From Octopus bimaculoides (taxonomy: Eukaryota), in contig NC_068986.1 of assembly GCF_001194135.2 (NCBI RefSeq), positions 67,311,922 to 67,375,921 on the forward strand: a DNA stretch of 64,000 bases. Reading direction: 5' to 3'. Positions 24,721 through 36,264 of this stretch are shown here, piece after piece. Made by a program: the position numbers and the translations under genes. How positions within the stretch are numbered: the stretch's first letter is position 1; each line of letters starts with the position of its first letter. The notes under the pieces are model-generated. The model was not told where the DNA came from. It worked only from the letters and a program-made list of their open reading frames with translations, and made no database searches.

Positions 24721-25300
24721 ACCTAAATAAAATGTAAACGAAATAGACCTGACATAGTAATCTGGGATAGGGAAGAGAAACTGCGTACATTTGTGTAAAT
24801 CAGCTATCCAGCGGATGTTATCATGAAGCTAAAGATCTGCAATAGAGAAAACAACTTCACTGAAATATTGAGGAATCTACAGCTACTCTATCCAGATTAC
24901 AAGTTCAGGTTTATACCTGTAATTATTGGAGTACTGGGATATGTAACACACTTCCTAAATACCAATCTTGAGAAGTTAGGCTTCTCAAAACCAGAAAAAA
25001 GAAAGTCTAAGACTACAGAAAAGAGAAAGTCTAAGACTACAGATCTAAGCCATCACTAGAACTATAAAAATTTGTAAAACTTTCCAAGAGTTTATTATTT
25101 AAATATATATGAGCATGTCTAGACGTGCAATTATATGTATGAAAATACATACATAAAACAAAACATATAAATTTTGCACATATACACTCGTACATGCATA
25201 CCCTGTTAATATTGAAATTCCAATGAAGGTGCCTTGAATCTAGGTTAGAAACCAGCTCTTTCTCTCTTGGTAAAATATCTTGAAATAAAACTGGTTAATG
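24721..25300 (+). mobile_element. 3' fragment of a second RLE-type (R4/Dong-related) LINE family
   Basis: KCKRNRPDIVIWDREEK...ISYPADV...EILRNLQLLYPDYKFRFIPVIIGVLGYV...LEKLGF matches the RLE motif RPDIV..D..E...K..KY and C-terminal PVIIGALG. Flanked by (TACA)n on both sides. Confidence 0.8.
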
Positions 25301-25610
25301 ACATGCATACATAATTATATACATACATACGTACATGCATACATACATACATACATACATACATACATACATAGTGTACAATTCTTTTTAAATAGTGAAT
25401 TTTAATTTCCTTAGCTTGCAGTGGTTACTAGATTAAGGCATTTCACCCGTTAATCTGAAATATATGTCAAGCTATATATCACAATCAGAAATGCAGTCTT
25501 CATTCTCTTGTCATTAGGATATATGCGGCTTCAAACACGCTTGTCATTAAGTATAGACAGACAGTACGTAGATCAAAAGTTATAACGATACATGTTGGAA
25601 CAGAAAAAAT

Positions 25611-25813
25611 AAGTTGTAACAATAGATGACACACAATATCTAATGAGTTAGAAACCACACTTTAGACTATACACAGTTTAGATATTGGAGAAAATATTTA
25701 ATACAGACCAAAAGCAATGGCACTAGAGATTACAGACTTACTATCCTCCAACATCACAGATGACTGATTCTACAGGTTATTCAGTGCAGTTAGTACGTGA
25801 TCACATATTTACG
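25611..25813. repeat. Direct repeat copy A (203 bp) of 26427-26629
   Basis: Ungapped alignment, 20 mismatches counted by hand (about 90%), offset 816 bp. Confidence 0.95.
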
Positions 25814-26237
25814 ACACATACACGTCAATTAGAAATGCATTTACACAAATCCACTAGGGAATGTGGCAATATAAAACATGATGGATTTGATATGATATTA
25901 ATTTAGACTAATTATATCTTTCAATAAATAACCATAGAAACAGAAGGGAAATATTTCACTTCCCATGCGACCTATGTTGTTTTTCACTTACACATATTAT
26001 GTTCATAACTTTCTAGAATACATTGGTTGGAATTATTATACATTAGCATGAAAGGGAGTTGTTCAGAGAGTAAGTCTCTAGAATTCACTTTTCTCTCTAT
26101 CTCTTTAAACTCAAAATCCATCAGTTTCTCTCCTTTATATACATAAACAGATCAACAGAAAAAAAAAAGAAAACCGAAAAAACAACAAAAGTTAATTGGA
26201 CGTACATACTGAATACAATCGATAGAACCTCAGTAGT

Positions 26238-26264
26238 GACATTTCGAACATGGCTCTTCGTCGG
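26238..26264 (-). other. Minimal hammerhead-ribozyme-like motif (relic), homologous to 3228-3254
   Basis: Minus strand CCGACGA-A-GAGC-CAT-GTTC-GAAA-T-GTC. Stem II pairs fully; GAAATGTC is one CpG-type transition from palindromic GAAACGTC. Confidence 0.45.
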
Positions 26265-26426
26265 AAAGCCGAAAAAGTCCTGATTAGAGGAAAGGGAAGA
26301 AGAGGTCCGTGAAAAGCATGTGTGTTGTTGTGCGATTGAGACATGCATACATATTTATATTTATTTATATATAAATGTATATACATATTTACATGCATGT
26401 ATATAATAATGCATATGTATGTATAT

Positions 26427-26629
26427 AAGTTATAACAATAGATGACACACAATATCTAATGAATTAGAAACCACACTCTAGACTGTTCAGAGTTTAGATA
26501 TTGGAGAAAATATTCAGTACAGACCAAAAGCAATGGCACTAGAGATCACAGACTTACTATCTTCCAGCATCACAAATCACTGGTTCTACAAGTTATTCAG
26601 TACAGTTAGTATGTGATCATATGTTTATG
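26427..26629. repeat. Direct repeat copy B (203 bp) of 25611-25813
   Basis: See copy A. Its right end abuts the Penelope-like fragment. Confidence 0.95.
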
Positions 26630-26631
26630 TC

Positions 26632-28010
26632 AACGATGTTCCTACGCTACACGGGCTACGTAAGGACCATAAATCCTATGTAAACCTTGTTATGGGGTCC
26701 CCAACGCGGCCAGTTTGAGGAGTGAATATCTCCAGCAATTATAGGCTATCCTACGACCACTCTTGAAATATACCTGGATATCTATGTGAGCACGAAGGAT
26801 CTCTTCTGTAGAATCAGTAGTTGCAACCACTCCAACGACCTCACAGGTTTTGTAGTAGATAGCATGGATACAGTTTCAGTCTACCCATCTATAGACGTAG
26901 ATTTTGCATTGAGTAGTGTTTCGCAAAGTCAACCCGAGGGAACTGGGCATCCTCCTTAAACTAAGCTATAACTGTATCTACCTAGACAATCATGACCTTA
27001 GTAGATTCTGCCCCACCAGGTCACAAAGGGGAAGACCACTCACCATCACCTCGACAGTGAAGAAAAGCACTGTAGAGCGCTGGATTGGCTGGGCTATAAC
27101 CACCCAGGACTTTGAGAACAACAATCAGATGAAAGGAATGATTGCAAATGCAATAGGGGCTAGCTTAAGAACCATTTTGAAGAACCACATAGTAAAGTTT
27201 AACAAGAGACTATACATGGAGGTTTAAGGTGCAGCCACTGGTGTCGGTGTGGGTAGAAACGTGACTGGCATCTTCATGACCTGCTGGGACAGAAAACGTA
27301 AATAATTCTTTGCTGAACAATCCGCAACTGTTTTGCTTTATTGTAGGAATGTAGATGACATTTATATTCTATTTTGGACAAACTCTAGTAACTGTAGTGT
27401 AGAAACCGAGAGAAGCATAATGGAGAACATCCAGCACGGGGCTAACAGCATCCACCAAAGTATCAAGGGAGCTATAGATTACCCCATTAGGTAACCTAAT
27501 AATAGACTCCCTGTCCTTGATACTGAACTTTCATTAGAGACTTTGAACAACAGAGTGCAGCTCCTCCACTCCTATTACATGAAAGTCATAGCTTCTGAAT
27601 ATGTTGTTTACAAGAATGCAGCTTTGTCACACAACATAAAAATCAACATACAGATAGCAGACTTAGATAGGATAATGAATAATGGGTCCTCGCTACGCGA
27701 ACACTATGAAACAAGGAAACATGTATAGAACTTCATGCACCACATGCAATTCTCTGGATATGACCGGGTATACAGGAGAACTATGAAGAAGTTAGATAGC
27801 GTTATATGTAATGAAACCAATGGTATTTGCCCTAGATACAGAGGTAAAGACTGGAATAGAATACAGAGAGTCTGTAACAAAGCAAACAGGGTGAACATAT
27901 GGCACAAGGCCGACAACTATCAATGAGTGATGTTTGTAGAGGTTACAACCCATGGAAGACTAGCGTGAAGGCTATGGAAAGCTCTGAAAGAGAACAAACT
28001 CAACATTTTT
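26632..28010 (+). mobile_element. Penelope-like element reverse transcriptase fragment (dead)
   Basis: PTLHGLRKDHK...PTRPV, SMDTVSVYPSID, RTILKNHIVKFNKRLYMEV*GAATG, YCRNVDDIYI (RYVDD), LPVLDTEL, HSYYMKVIASEYVVYKNAALSHNIK..ADLDRIMNN, FMHHMQFSGY. Multiple stops and frameshifts; no GIY-YIG domain seen. Confidence 0.85.
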
Positions 28011-28239
28011 TAGTATTATAAACTTAATTTTATAATTGATTTTTATTAATCTAAACCTCTGAAATTGCTTTACTTTATCCCTTCTTTCAACAAAATGGTG
28101 GTTTAAATTGAAAAGCCAGGAGCTCCATCAGGTGGGGCAGAATCTACTAAGGTCATGATTGTCTAGGTAGATACAGTTATGTAGCATGTACCTCTTTGAG
28201 AATACCACATGCACCAATGAGAACTACATGGTATGTAAG

Positions 28240-28393
28240 ATTAAACCTGGCATTAACTGTAGAACAAAATGCTTAGCAGCATCTCGTCCTTCCTTATGTT
28301 GGGAGCTCAAATTCCACCGAGGTCTACTTTGCCTTTCATCTTTTCGGGGTTGATATATTAAATTCTAGTGAGACATTGGGGCCGCTATAATCG
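28240..28393 (+). mobile_element. SINE family A (diverged, cut by gap)
   Basis: CTCAAATTCCACCGAGGTCTACTTTGCCTTTCATCTTTTCGGGGTTGAT. Confidence 0.8.
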
Positions 28394-28864
28394 NNNNNNN
28401 NNNTACATATATATATATGTATATGCATATATATATACACGTATATATGTGTGTGCGCGTGTGTGTGTGTGTGTGTGTGTGTGTTGCTTGTGTGTGTGTG
28501 CGTGAGAGAGAGACTGTGAAGATATATATGTATATACCTACACACTCTCTCGCACAGACACAGACGCATCCGTACAGACACGTCCGCACACAAACACACA
28601 CCCACATACACGTACACACACAAAAACACGTACACATACACAAACGCACCCACAGACACGTACGCACAAATATATATTAGTGACAGAGGCAGCATTAATA
28701 CCGAGAGGTTATATTTAGGTCCACTTAAACATAGATGTTCAGTTAGAACAAACCATATTGCGGTAGATACCATGAGAGAAACTCTTATATTGACTTTTAA
28801 TGTAAAATGCACTCATTATTTATATCGTTAGCGGAGAGATAAATCTCCATTATCTCAAATGCCG

Positions 28865-28909
<45 letters not shown>

Positions 28910-29050
28910 GGATTACATAAAAAGACAACAGAAAAAAATGCCATACCTATATACATACATACATAAACTTACTTGGAAATGGATGCGTCGCGTTCATTTA
29001 AATAATAAGAAAGTAATATTTAATATATAAATATATGCATATATGGGTAT

Positions 29051-29958
29051 AGGACGTCACAAGCAGAGCAAATAACATGAAATGTGTAAACAAACAACGG
29101 AAAAACGAGTGAAATACGTGGACAACGAGAAAATACGGAAACAGGACAAATAGACACAGAGAAAATACCCTTCATCAGTTGTCGGCTGTCTATCTACTCC
29201 TCATTTCGAGCATTCAACGACAGTATGAGGCTTTAAAGACAGTTGTTCCCATAAATTCTAAAATAAAATTAAGGATTTTTGGAGAGTCAAAATGGTGAAG
29301 ATAAGTTTTCTTTGAAACGGATGCGTCAAACAAGTTTATCCTCACACTTTTGATGCGACTCTCTACTCTATACTGCTTTCTTTCTCCATCCTTCTCTAAT
29401 TCCTTTTCTCTCCCCTCCCTCTTTCCCTGTTTTCTATCTGTGTTTCTCTCTGTCGCCCTTCTTTCTCTTTTTCTCTATCGTTGCTCACACCTGACCGTGG
29501 CCATCTTTTTTTTCCTCACGTGGCCATCTTTCTTTTCCTGCACAGACGTTCAAATGAACGGATGTGTTTTCTATCTTTTCTCTTTTCTCTTTTCAAAAAA
29601 TATTTCTCCCAACGTTCACCAGTTTCCTCTCGTTCTGGTCTAACGACCCTCCGCGTTTGTTCTCGTTCGGTTTCCTTGTATGTCTCCAATGTCATTTCTT
29701 TGTTCCCAACGTTGACTATCCATAAATCCTGAATTTTATTTTAAAATTGATGGCAGCAACTGTCTTTAAAGACTCATATTATCGTTGAATGCGCGAAATG
29801 AGAAGTAAATAAACAGCCGACAACTGATGAAGGGTCTTTTCTCTGTGTGTACTTGTCCTGTATCCTATTGTTTTCTCATTGTTCAGGTATTTCACTCGTT
29901 CCTCCTCTCCCCCGCTTGTTTACGTATTTCATGTTATTTGTACTGCTGGTGACGTCCT
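29051..29958. repeat. Inverted pair of a ~240-bp interspersed repeat (arms 29051-29290 and 29712-29958)
   Basis: Shared core CCCTTCATCAGTTGTCGGCTG...CATTCAACGA...CTTTAAAGACAGTTG...AAAATAAAATT in opposite orientations; roughly 80-85% identical by eye. Confidence 0.85.
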
Positions 29959-30507
29959 TTACCGATATATGCATATGTGTATGTATATATATNNNNNNNN
30001 NNNNNNNNNNNNNNNNNNNNNNNNNNNNNNNNNNNNNNNNNNNNNNNNNNNNNNNNNNNNNNNNNNNNNNNNNNNNNNNNNNNNNNNNNNNNNNNNNNNN
30101 NNNNNNNNNNNNNNNNNNNNNNNNNNNNNNNNNNNNNNNNNNNNNNNNNNNNNNNNNNNNNNNNNNNNNNNNNNNNNNNNNNNNNNNNNNNNNNNNNNNN
30201 NNNNNNNNNNNATATATATATATATACATATATATATTATTCTTTATTACATATCTATATATACAATTATAAATAAAGGCAAAACAGAAAGATTTCTTTG
30301 CTAATATGCTGAAAAATAGACGCTAAATCATCTAACGTCATAAAATATCTTAACTTATATTATTACACCATGTGTCGAAACGAGGAAAGCAAGCTAAGAG
30401 AAATTTGTAAAAATATAAATTTATCCTTATATTAGAAGCATATATATATATATATATATATTACCTTTTACTGGTTTCAGCTTACAGCTTAGGTCATGCT
30501 GGTGCAC

Positions 30508-30538
<31 letters not shown>

Positions 30539-30664
30539 GTGGGCAGGGGTATTTATTTGAACAAAATGGACAGATTCTTGTCAACTGCCATTCAATATAA
30601 ATTCTTGAATTATTTAAATTATTTACGCTTCGTGAGTTGTATACTAATTATCAAGACACCTCTA

Positions 30665-30805
30665 CCTTCTGAGTTCAAATTACGCCAAGGTCGATTTTGC
30701 CTTTCAGACTTTCGGGGTCGGTGAAATACTGACGTCGATGTAATCGACTAGTCTTCTCCTCAGAAATTTGCGGACTTGTGCTTCCAGTAGAAAGGATAAT
30801 TTAAA
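30665..30805 (+). mobile_element. SINE family A fragment
   Basis: TTCTGAGTTCAAATTACGCCAAGGTCGATTTTGCCTTTCA...TTCGGGGTCG. Confidence 0.8.
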
Positions 30806-31298
30806 CTTATTCCATTTAAGTAATGGAGATAATATACAGGATCAAATGTACTCAAGACTGAACATACCACCAAGGAGAAGGACAGGCTTACGGTCGAGAT
30901 GTAAAAGGAAAGTTATGGACACGTGTTTCTAGGTCAATAGACAATTACTCGACCTTATCTCTAGTAGTAAGATTTGGATTTATCGCCATTAGGCGCTTAT
31001 GGCAGTATCTCCAGACGCGAGATAATTTTCATGAATCAAGAAGTCATCCTTCGATTCTTAGGTCATGTAACGACACACTTGCTTCCCACCGAACTCTCTG
31101 ATCTTTCCTTTTTTCCCCTCCTCTATTGACTTTATTCCAACAAGAAATCATGCTCAGAACGTCATTTTTACACCTATCCTTTCATCTGAAACATGCCTTG
31201 AGCCTGAATCTAATATATTCCCCGTGTTCGTCTAATTGACTTTAAACGTATCGTCCTGTTTATACACACACACGCATATATATATNNNNNNNNNNCAT

Positions 31299-31349
<51 letters not shown>

Positions 31350-32848
31350 TATATATACACTGCAGATAGGCCAGTTATTGCAGTATTTTTCCTAAGATGA
31401 CATCTCTTACAGACATACTGAAGCTAAAAAAAATAGATATCACAGAGTTGAAAATGCTTCCATCATCGGCTAGTGAAAATGATAGATTACTTTCGATTTT
31501 CGGCCTTTTCCTTGGCATGTAATCACAGCACACTATGTGCTCGGGCTAAAAATTCTGTGTATGCAGTTAGTGTGTATACATTAGGTAGGATACATTGATG
31601 GTTATTTTAATTAAAATGCTTCAAATGCGTACACCGTATTTTAATCAGCCGGGCAATTATATGCGACATCAGTTGAATATTTTCACTTTTCCTATATTAC
31701 AAACGAAGAATTCTTATCCGAGCTTGTGGTTGGCTGCGATTATACACCACCGAAATGGTCTACATGTGCTGTTATTATCGACGCCATATATATAGAAGTC
31801 AGAGGAAAATTTATCTCATCCCCTATTCACAGACGACAAATTTCATGCAGACATGTTGCTCCTAGTGAGTATAGCTATTCATGAGGCCCAAATAGGCCAC
31901 AATGCATTTGGCATTTTGTTAGCTGCTTCAGGAGTGATGTTTCGTCCATCTCCCATATAGAAGTTTTTTTAAAGCACTTACAGAAGACCATAGAAGATGT
32001 CTTCTCCGAACGACTAACGCAGTGACCTGTCAAAAATGTGTGTACATCGGGTAAGAATCGTAGAAGCAAACTTGCACACACACACAGGCATACACACACA
32101 CACGCACGCACGCACACACACACATGCGCATATATACGCGCGCACACATATAGATAAATCTATATATCTATATGTATATATATATATGCATTTATGTACA
32201 TATATAGATACATTCATACCTACATACATATATATATATACACACACACATATATAAATATATATATACATGCATATATATGAATATATATACATATATA
32301 TATATGTATGTATATATATATATATATATATATATNNNNNNNNNNNNNNNNNNNNNNNNNNNNNNNNNNNNNNNNNNNNNNNNNNNNNNNNNNNNNNNNN
32401 NNNNNNNNNNNNNNNNNNNNNNNNNNNNNNNNNNNNNNNNNNNNNNNNNNNNNNNNNNNNNNNNNNNNNNNNNNNNNNNNNNNNNNNNNNNNNNNNNNNN
32501 NNNNNNNNNNNNNNNNNNNNNNNNNNNNNNNNNNNNNNNNNNNNNNNNNNNNNNNNNNNNNNNNNNNNNNNNNNNNNNNNNNNNNNNNNNNNNNNNNNNN
32601 NNNNNNNNNNNNNNNNNNNNNNNNNNNNNNNNNNNNNNNNNNNNNNNNNNNNNNNNNNNNNNNNNNNNNNNNNNNNNNNNNNNNNNNNNNNNNNNNNNNN
32701 NNNNNNNNNNNNNNNNNNNNNNNNNNNNNNNNNNNNNNNNNNNNNNNNNNNNNATATATAGTGGTAGCTAGTGGTAGCTAGAAGTCCACTGTGTGGCGTT
32801 ATTATTTTTCTGTAATAATGCCCTTTATATAAATAGATAGATAGATAA

Positions 32849-32881
<33 letters not shown>

Positions 32882-33848
32882 AAGGTAGATAAACAGAGAT
32901 ACACACATATATCAGATATTCTGAAATTTTCTGGAAATGTATCAAGCATATGATATCAAAAAGCCATGGCGCGAACTTTCGTTACATCTTCCCTGCATAA
33001 TTTGAGTAGTAAATGTTCGTAAGTATACAAAGAGAGATTAGCGTTTATTCAGATGTAAACTAACACATCACTTAAAACGGAATTTTATATGCATATGCAA
33101 ATGCATGCATATATATCTGGATACATATATATACAATAATAATGATTGTTAAGAGAATCCGGTATTTGAATGAAATGCACTAGGTAGGTTTCACCTTTAG
33201 TCGCATAAATATCCCGTAACATATTCAGGTTGTGCATACTGAGAAAACCACCCCTAGCGGTATTTTTATGCCTAGGGGCTGGTCCAGAGCACACGTTGTG
33301 TTGATCATACATTATTTGGTATACTCCAGGGTATCCGACGTCTCGTGAATCCCTTTGGCGTATTATAAACAAATGAATAACATATAATGGATAAATGTCA
33401 GTTCATGCTTGTGTGTGCATATTTGTGTATATATATTTATATATATATATATTTATACTGGGAAAAGATTAAGAATGGCTTAGAAGTCCTGAGCTAAATA
33501 CTGTATTCTGACTTGGCTTAATTCTTATAGTACATAGATCTTTGGGGTGGGTTACGGACATTTCGCTCTTAAGGTTGAGCAATGAGCATGGCAGACAATT
33601 TGATGCTATTTAAATATCTTTCATTGATTGGGAAAAGGTTGACTTCTTCCTATACAAACGGGTTTCCACTGTCCCTAAAAATTCTTGGAGCACCTAATTT
33701 CCAATAATATATCCCCCCGTCCAAGTGAATGCCTCACGCCAAAAAACTATGTATGCAATTGGAAAAACAAACCATGCTACAGCCTGATGACGGCAAATAA
33801 TTTCAAACTTCGAAACGACATCCAAACCTTTCCATGTAAAAATATATA

Positions 33849-34062
33849 CGATGGGGTGCTGGAAAGTTCCTTGCTTTAATGGTATCGTGAAAGACCTGAT
33901 TGGTGGCCCAAACTTCCGAGTTCTTTTACAGAGCTTAGAAAACTGAAGGATCGCTGTAATAAATGTGTGAATCTTAGAGGGGAATATGTTGTATAAAATC
34001 ATGATTAACTGAAACTCCTGTATTTTCTGTTATCCAAAGCTAGAAACTTTCCAGTAACCCAA
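33849..34062 (+). mobile_element. Mariner-derived MITE (same family as 41359-41573)
   Basis: TA-CGATGGGGTGCTGGAAAGTTCCTTGCTTT ... AAAGCTAGAAACTTTCCAGTAACCC inverted ends. Interior retains mariner C-terminus KLKDRCNKCVNLRGEYVV*. Confidence 0.85.
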
Positions 34063-34089
34063 ATTGTGTGGACGTTTATTGAAATATAT

Positions 34090-34322
34090 TTATTTCTTTA
34101 TTGCCCACAGAGGGATAAACATAAAGGGGACAAACAAGGACAGACAAAGGGATTCAGTCGATTATATCAGCGCCAGTGCATCACTGATACTTATTTAATC
34201 GACCCCAAAAGCATGAAAGCAAAGTCGACCCCGGCGGAATTTGAACTCAGAACGTAACTGCAGACGAAATACCGCTAAGCATTTTGCCCGGCGGGCCAAC
34301 GATTCTGCCAGCTTGCTGCCTT
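34090..34322 (-). mobile_element. SINE family A, near full length
   Basis: Reverse complement begins AAGGCAGCAAGCTGGCAGAATCGTTGG, has GAGTTCAAATTCCGCCGGGGTCGACTTTGC and ends GTGGGCAATAAAGAAAT. Confidence 0.92.
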
Positions 34323-34394
34323 ATTTTATTAAAATATATTGATTTCAAATGTTAGCACAAGGTCAGCAATGAAAGCTGGTACTACAGAATTTGC

Positions 34395-34609
34395 AGATGT
34401 GGAAGAGATGAACGGAAGAAAAGGAGGCATTAAAAGGCATCACTTCAGAAGTATCCCAGCACAACTTCGATCAGCGGAACACGCGTCTGGATCGATGCAT
34501 TACTTCAAATGGAGAATACTTTGAAGGCGATAAAAGTGTAAACATGTAAAACTAAGTGAATAAAACAACATTGCAAAATTCCAGGTTTCTTTGGGGCACC
34601 ACTTTGTAT
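34395..34609 (+). mobile_element. Mariner transposase 3' end plus right TIR
   Basis: ADVEE..EALKGITSEVSQHNFDQRNTRLDRCITSNGEYFEGDK; ends AAATTCCAGGTTTCTTTGGGGCACCACTTTG-TA. Confidence 0.8.
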
Positions 34610-34659
34610 ACGTACGTTTATATGTTATGTATGTATATATGTATGTATGTATGTATGTA

Positions 34660-34707
<48 letters not shown>

Positions 34708-34792
34708 NNNNNNNNNNNNNNNNNNNNNNNNNNNNNNNNNNNNNNNNNNNNNNNNNNNNNNNNNNNNNNNNNNNNNNNNNNNNNNNNNNNNN

Positions 34793-35010
34793 ACATTTGA
34801 TACAGATTGACGTTAAACTCTGCTGTGCATGCGCACTAAGTTTTAACGCTCTGGCTCATTATCGCTGTTTACAACAGTACTTAGAATGTAGGCGTGTAGC
34901 GTGTATCGTCGAATTGACGATGACAAAGTTGAGCAGATAATCTGCATCAAATTTTGCTAAAAGCTTGGCGATACCTGCTCAGAGGCCCGCGGAAAGTTTT
35001 CAAAAAGCTT
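34793..35010 (+). mobile_element. Mariner 5' fragment
   Basis: MTK(V)EQIICIKFC*KLGDTCSEA (cf. mariner N-terminal EQRxCIKFCxKLG); left side lost in an N-gap. Confidence 0.7.
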
Positions 35011-35019
35011 TCATCATTC

Positions 35020-35571
35020 TCGATACAATGAAGGAGACCTTATGTAACTGAAACCCGAGTCTTTTTAGTCAGCTTAAAACAGTTTTGACACAAACTCGGC
35101 AGACACGCGTCTCATACACAAATCTTCAGTGATAATGGACTGAACTGAACTGTAAATAATTTGCCCATCCTCTGATAACTCACGGATGGTGATTCGGCGC
35201 TTTCCTCTCAGCCACACGCAAATCAGCGATGTTTTTCTCAGTTCTGTTGGTTACAGGTCTCCCAGTACGTTCGTCAATATCGATATTTTTTCGGCCATTT
35301 CGGAAACGTCTGAACCGCCCGTAGACTTGTTTGCGGTTCATACATTCTCTCCATACACTTCCTGGAACTTTGCGTAGTCCTCTGAGCATGTATCGTCATG
35401 ACGACTTTGTCATGGTGAATGGGATAATCACACACTACACACTTTCATTCCAAGCACCGCTATAAATAGCGGAAGCGAGTTAGAACGTCAAACGTTGCCA
35501 AGCAGTTTTACTCTGCGTGCATTAGCTTTGTTACTATGGCAACAGTCCGGATACTTATCGATCAGACCTAA
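35020..35571 (-). mobile_element. Mariner 5' half (TIR plus HTH region)
   Basis: ORF 35180-35389: ECMNRKQVYGRFRRFRNGRKNIDIDERTGRP (cf. MSRTQVYEWFKRFKxGRxxxEDDxRSGRP). TIR-like AGGTCTGATCGATAAGTATCCGGACTG next to TA. Confidence 0.85.
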
Positions 35572-35894
35572 TATATATGCGTGCATAAATATGTATGAAC
35601 ATTCATGCGGACATACGTAGATTCATGCACATGCGTAGATTCATACGCGTACACATGTACAGAGGCATATAAACTAAATTCAGGATGTTTTCCAATCAAG
35701 TTTAAAGACCAAGATACTCCGACGAAGTAGGGGATGCGAGGAACAGAAAGCCGAGAGTAGAGTGAAATTTGCTATAAAATTCGTGTTCGTTTCCAGTGGA
35801 GTTTTAAGTTCTACCCGTTTTTTAATTGCTTATACAAGTTTCTTGTGCATACATTAATGTTTAAACATACATATATACACACAAACATACATAC

Positions 35895-35927
<33 letters not shown>

Positions 35928-36109
35928 CATATATATATNNNNNNNNNNNNNNNNNNNNNNNNNNNNNNNNNNNNNNNNNNNNNNNNNNNNNNNNNNNNNN
36001 NNNNNNNNNNNNNNNNNNNNNNNNNNNNNNNNNNNNNNNNNNNNNNNNNNATATATGTATGTATGTATGTATATATATATATATATTCATATATATATAT
36101 GTGTTTGTG

Positions 36110-36167
<58 letters not shown>

Positions 36168-36232
36168 TACAGAGGTGCATGCATATATAAATATATGCAT
36201 ATATGCATATTTATATTTATGTATATATATAG

Positions 36233-36264
<32 letters not shown>

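Noticed and set aside
25611-26629. Repeat-spacer-repeat arrangement as a CRISPR-like array
   Set aside because: Two 203-bp units in eukaryotic DNA; wrong size, number and context.
31982-32026. 45-nt minus-strand segment with AG and GTAAGT boundaries
   Set aside because: GTAAGT occurs many times on both strands; joining to the 28-nt candidates creates a stop; unsupported.
33784-33835. CTGATGACGGC...CGAAAC string
   Set aside because: No stem II and no correctly placed NUH triplet.
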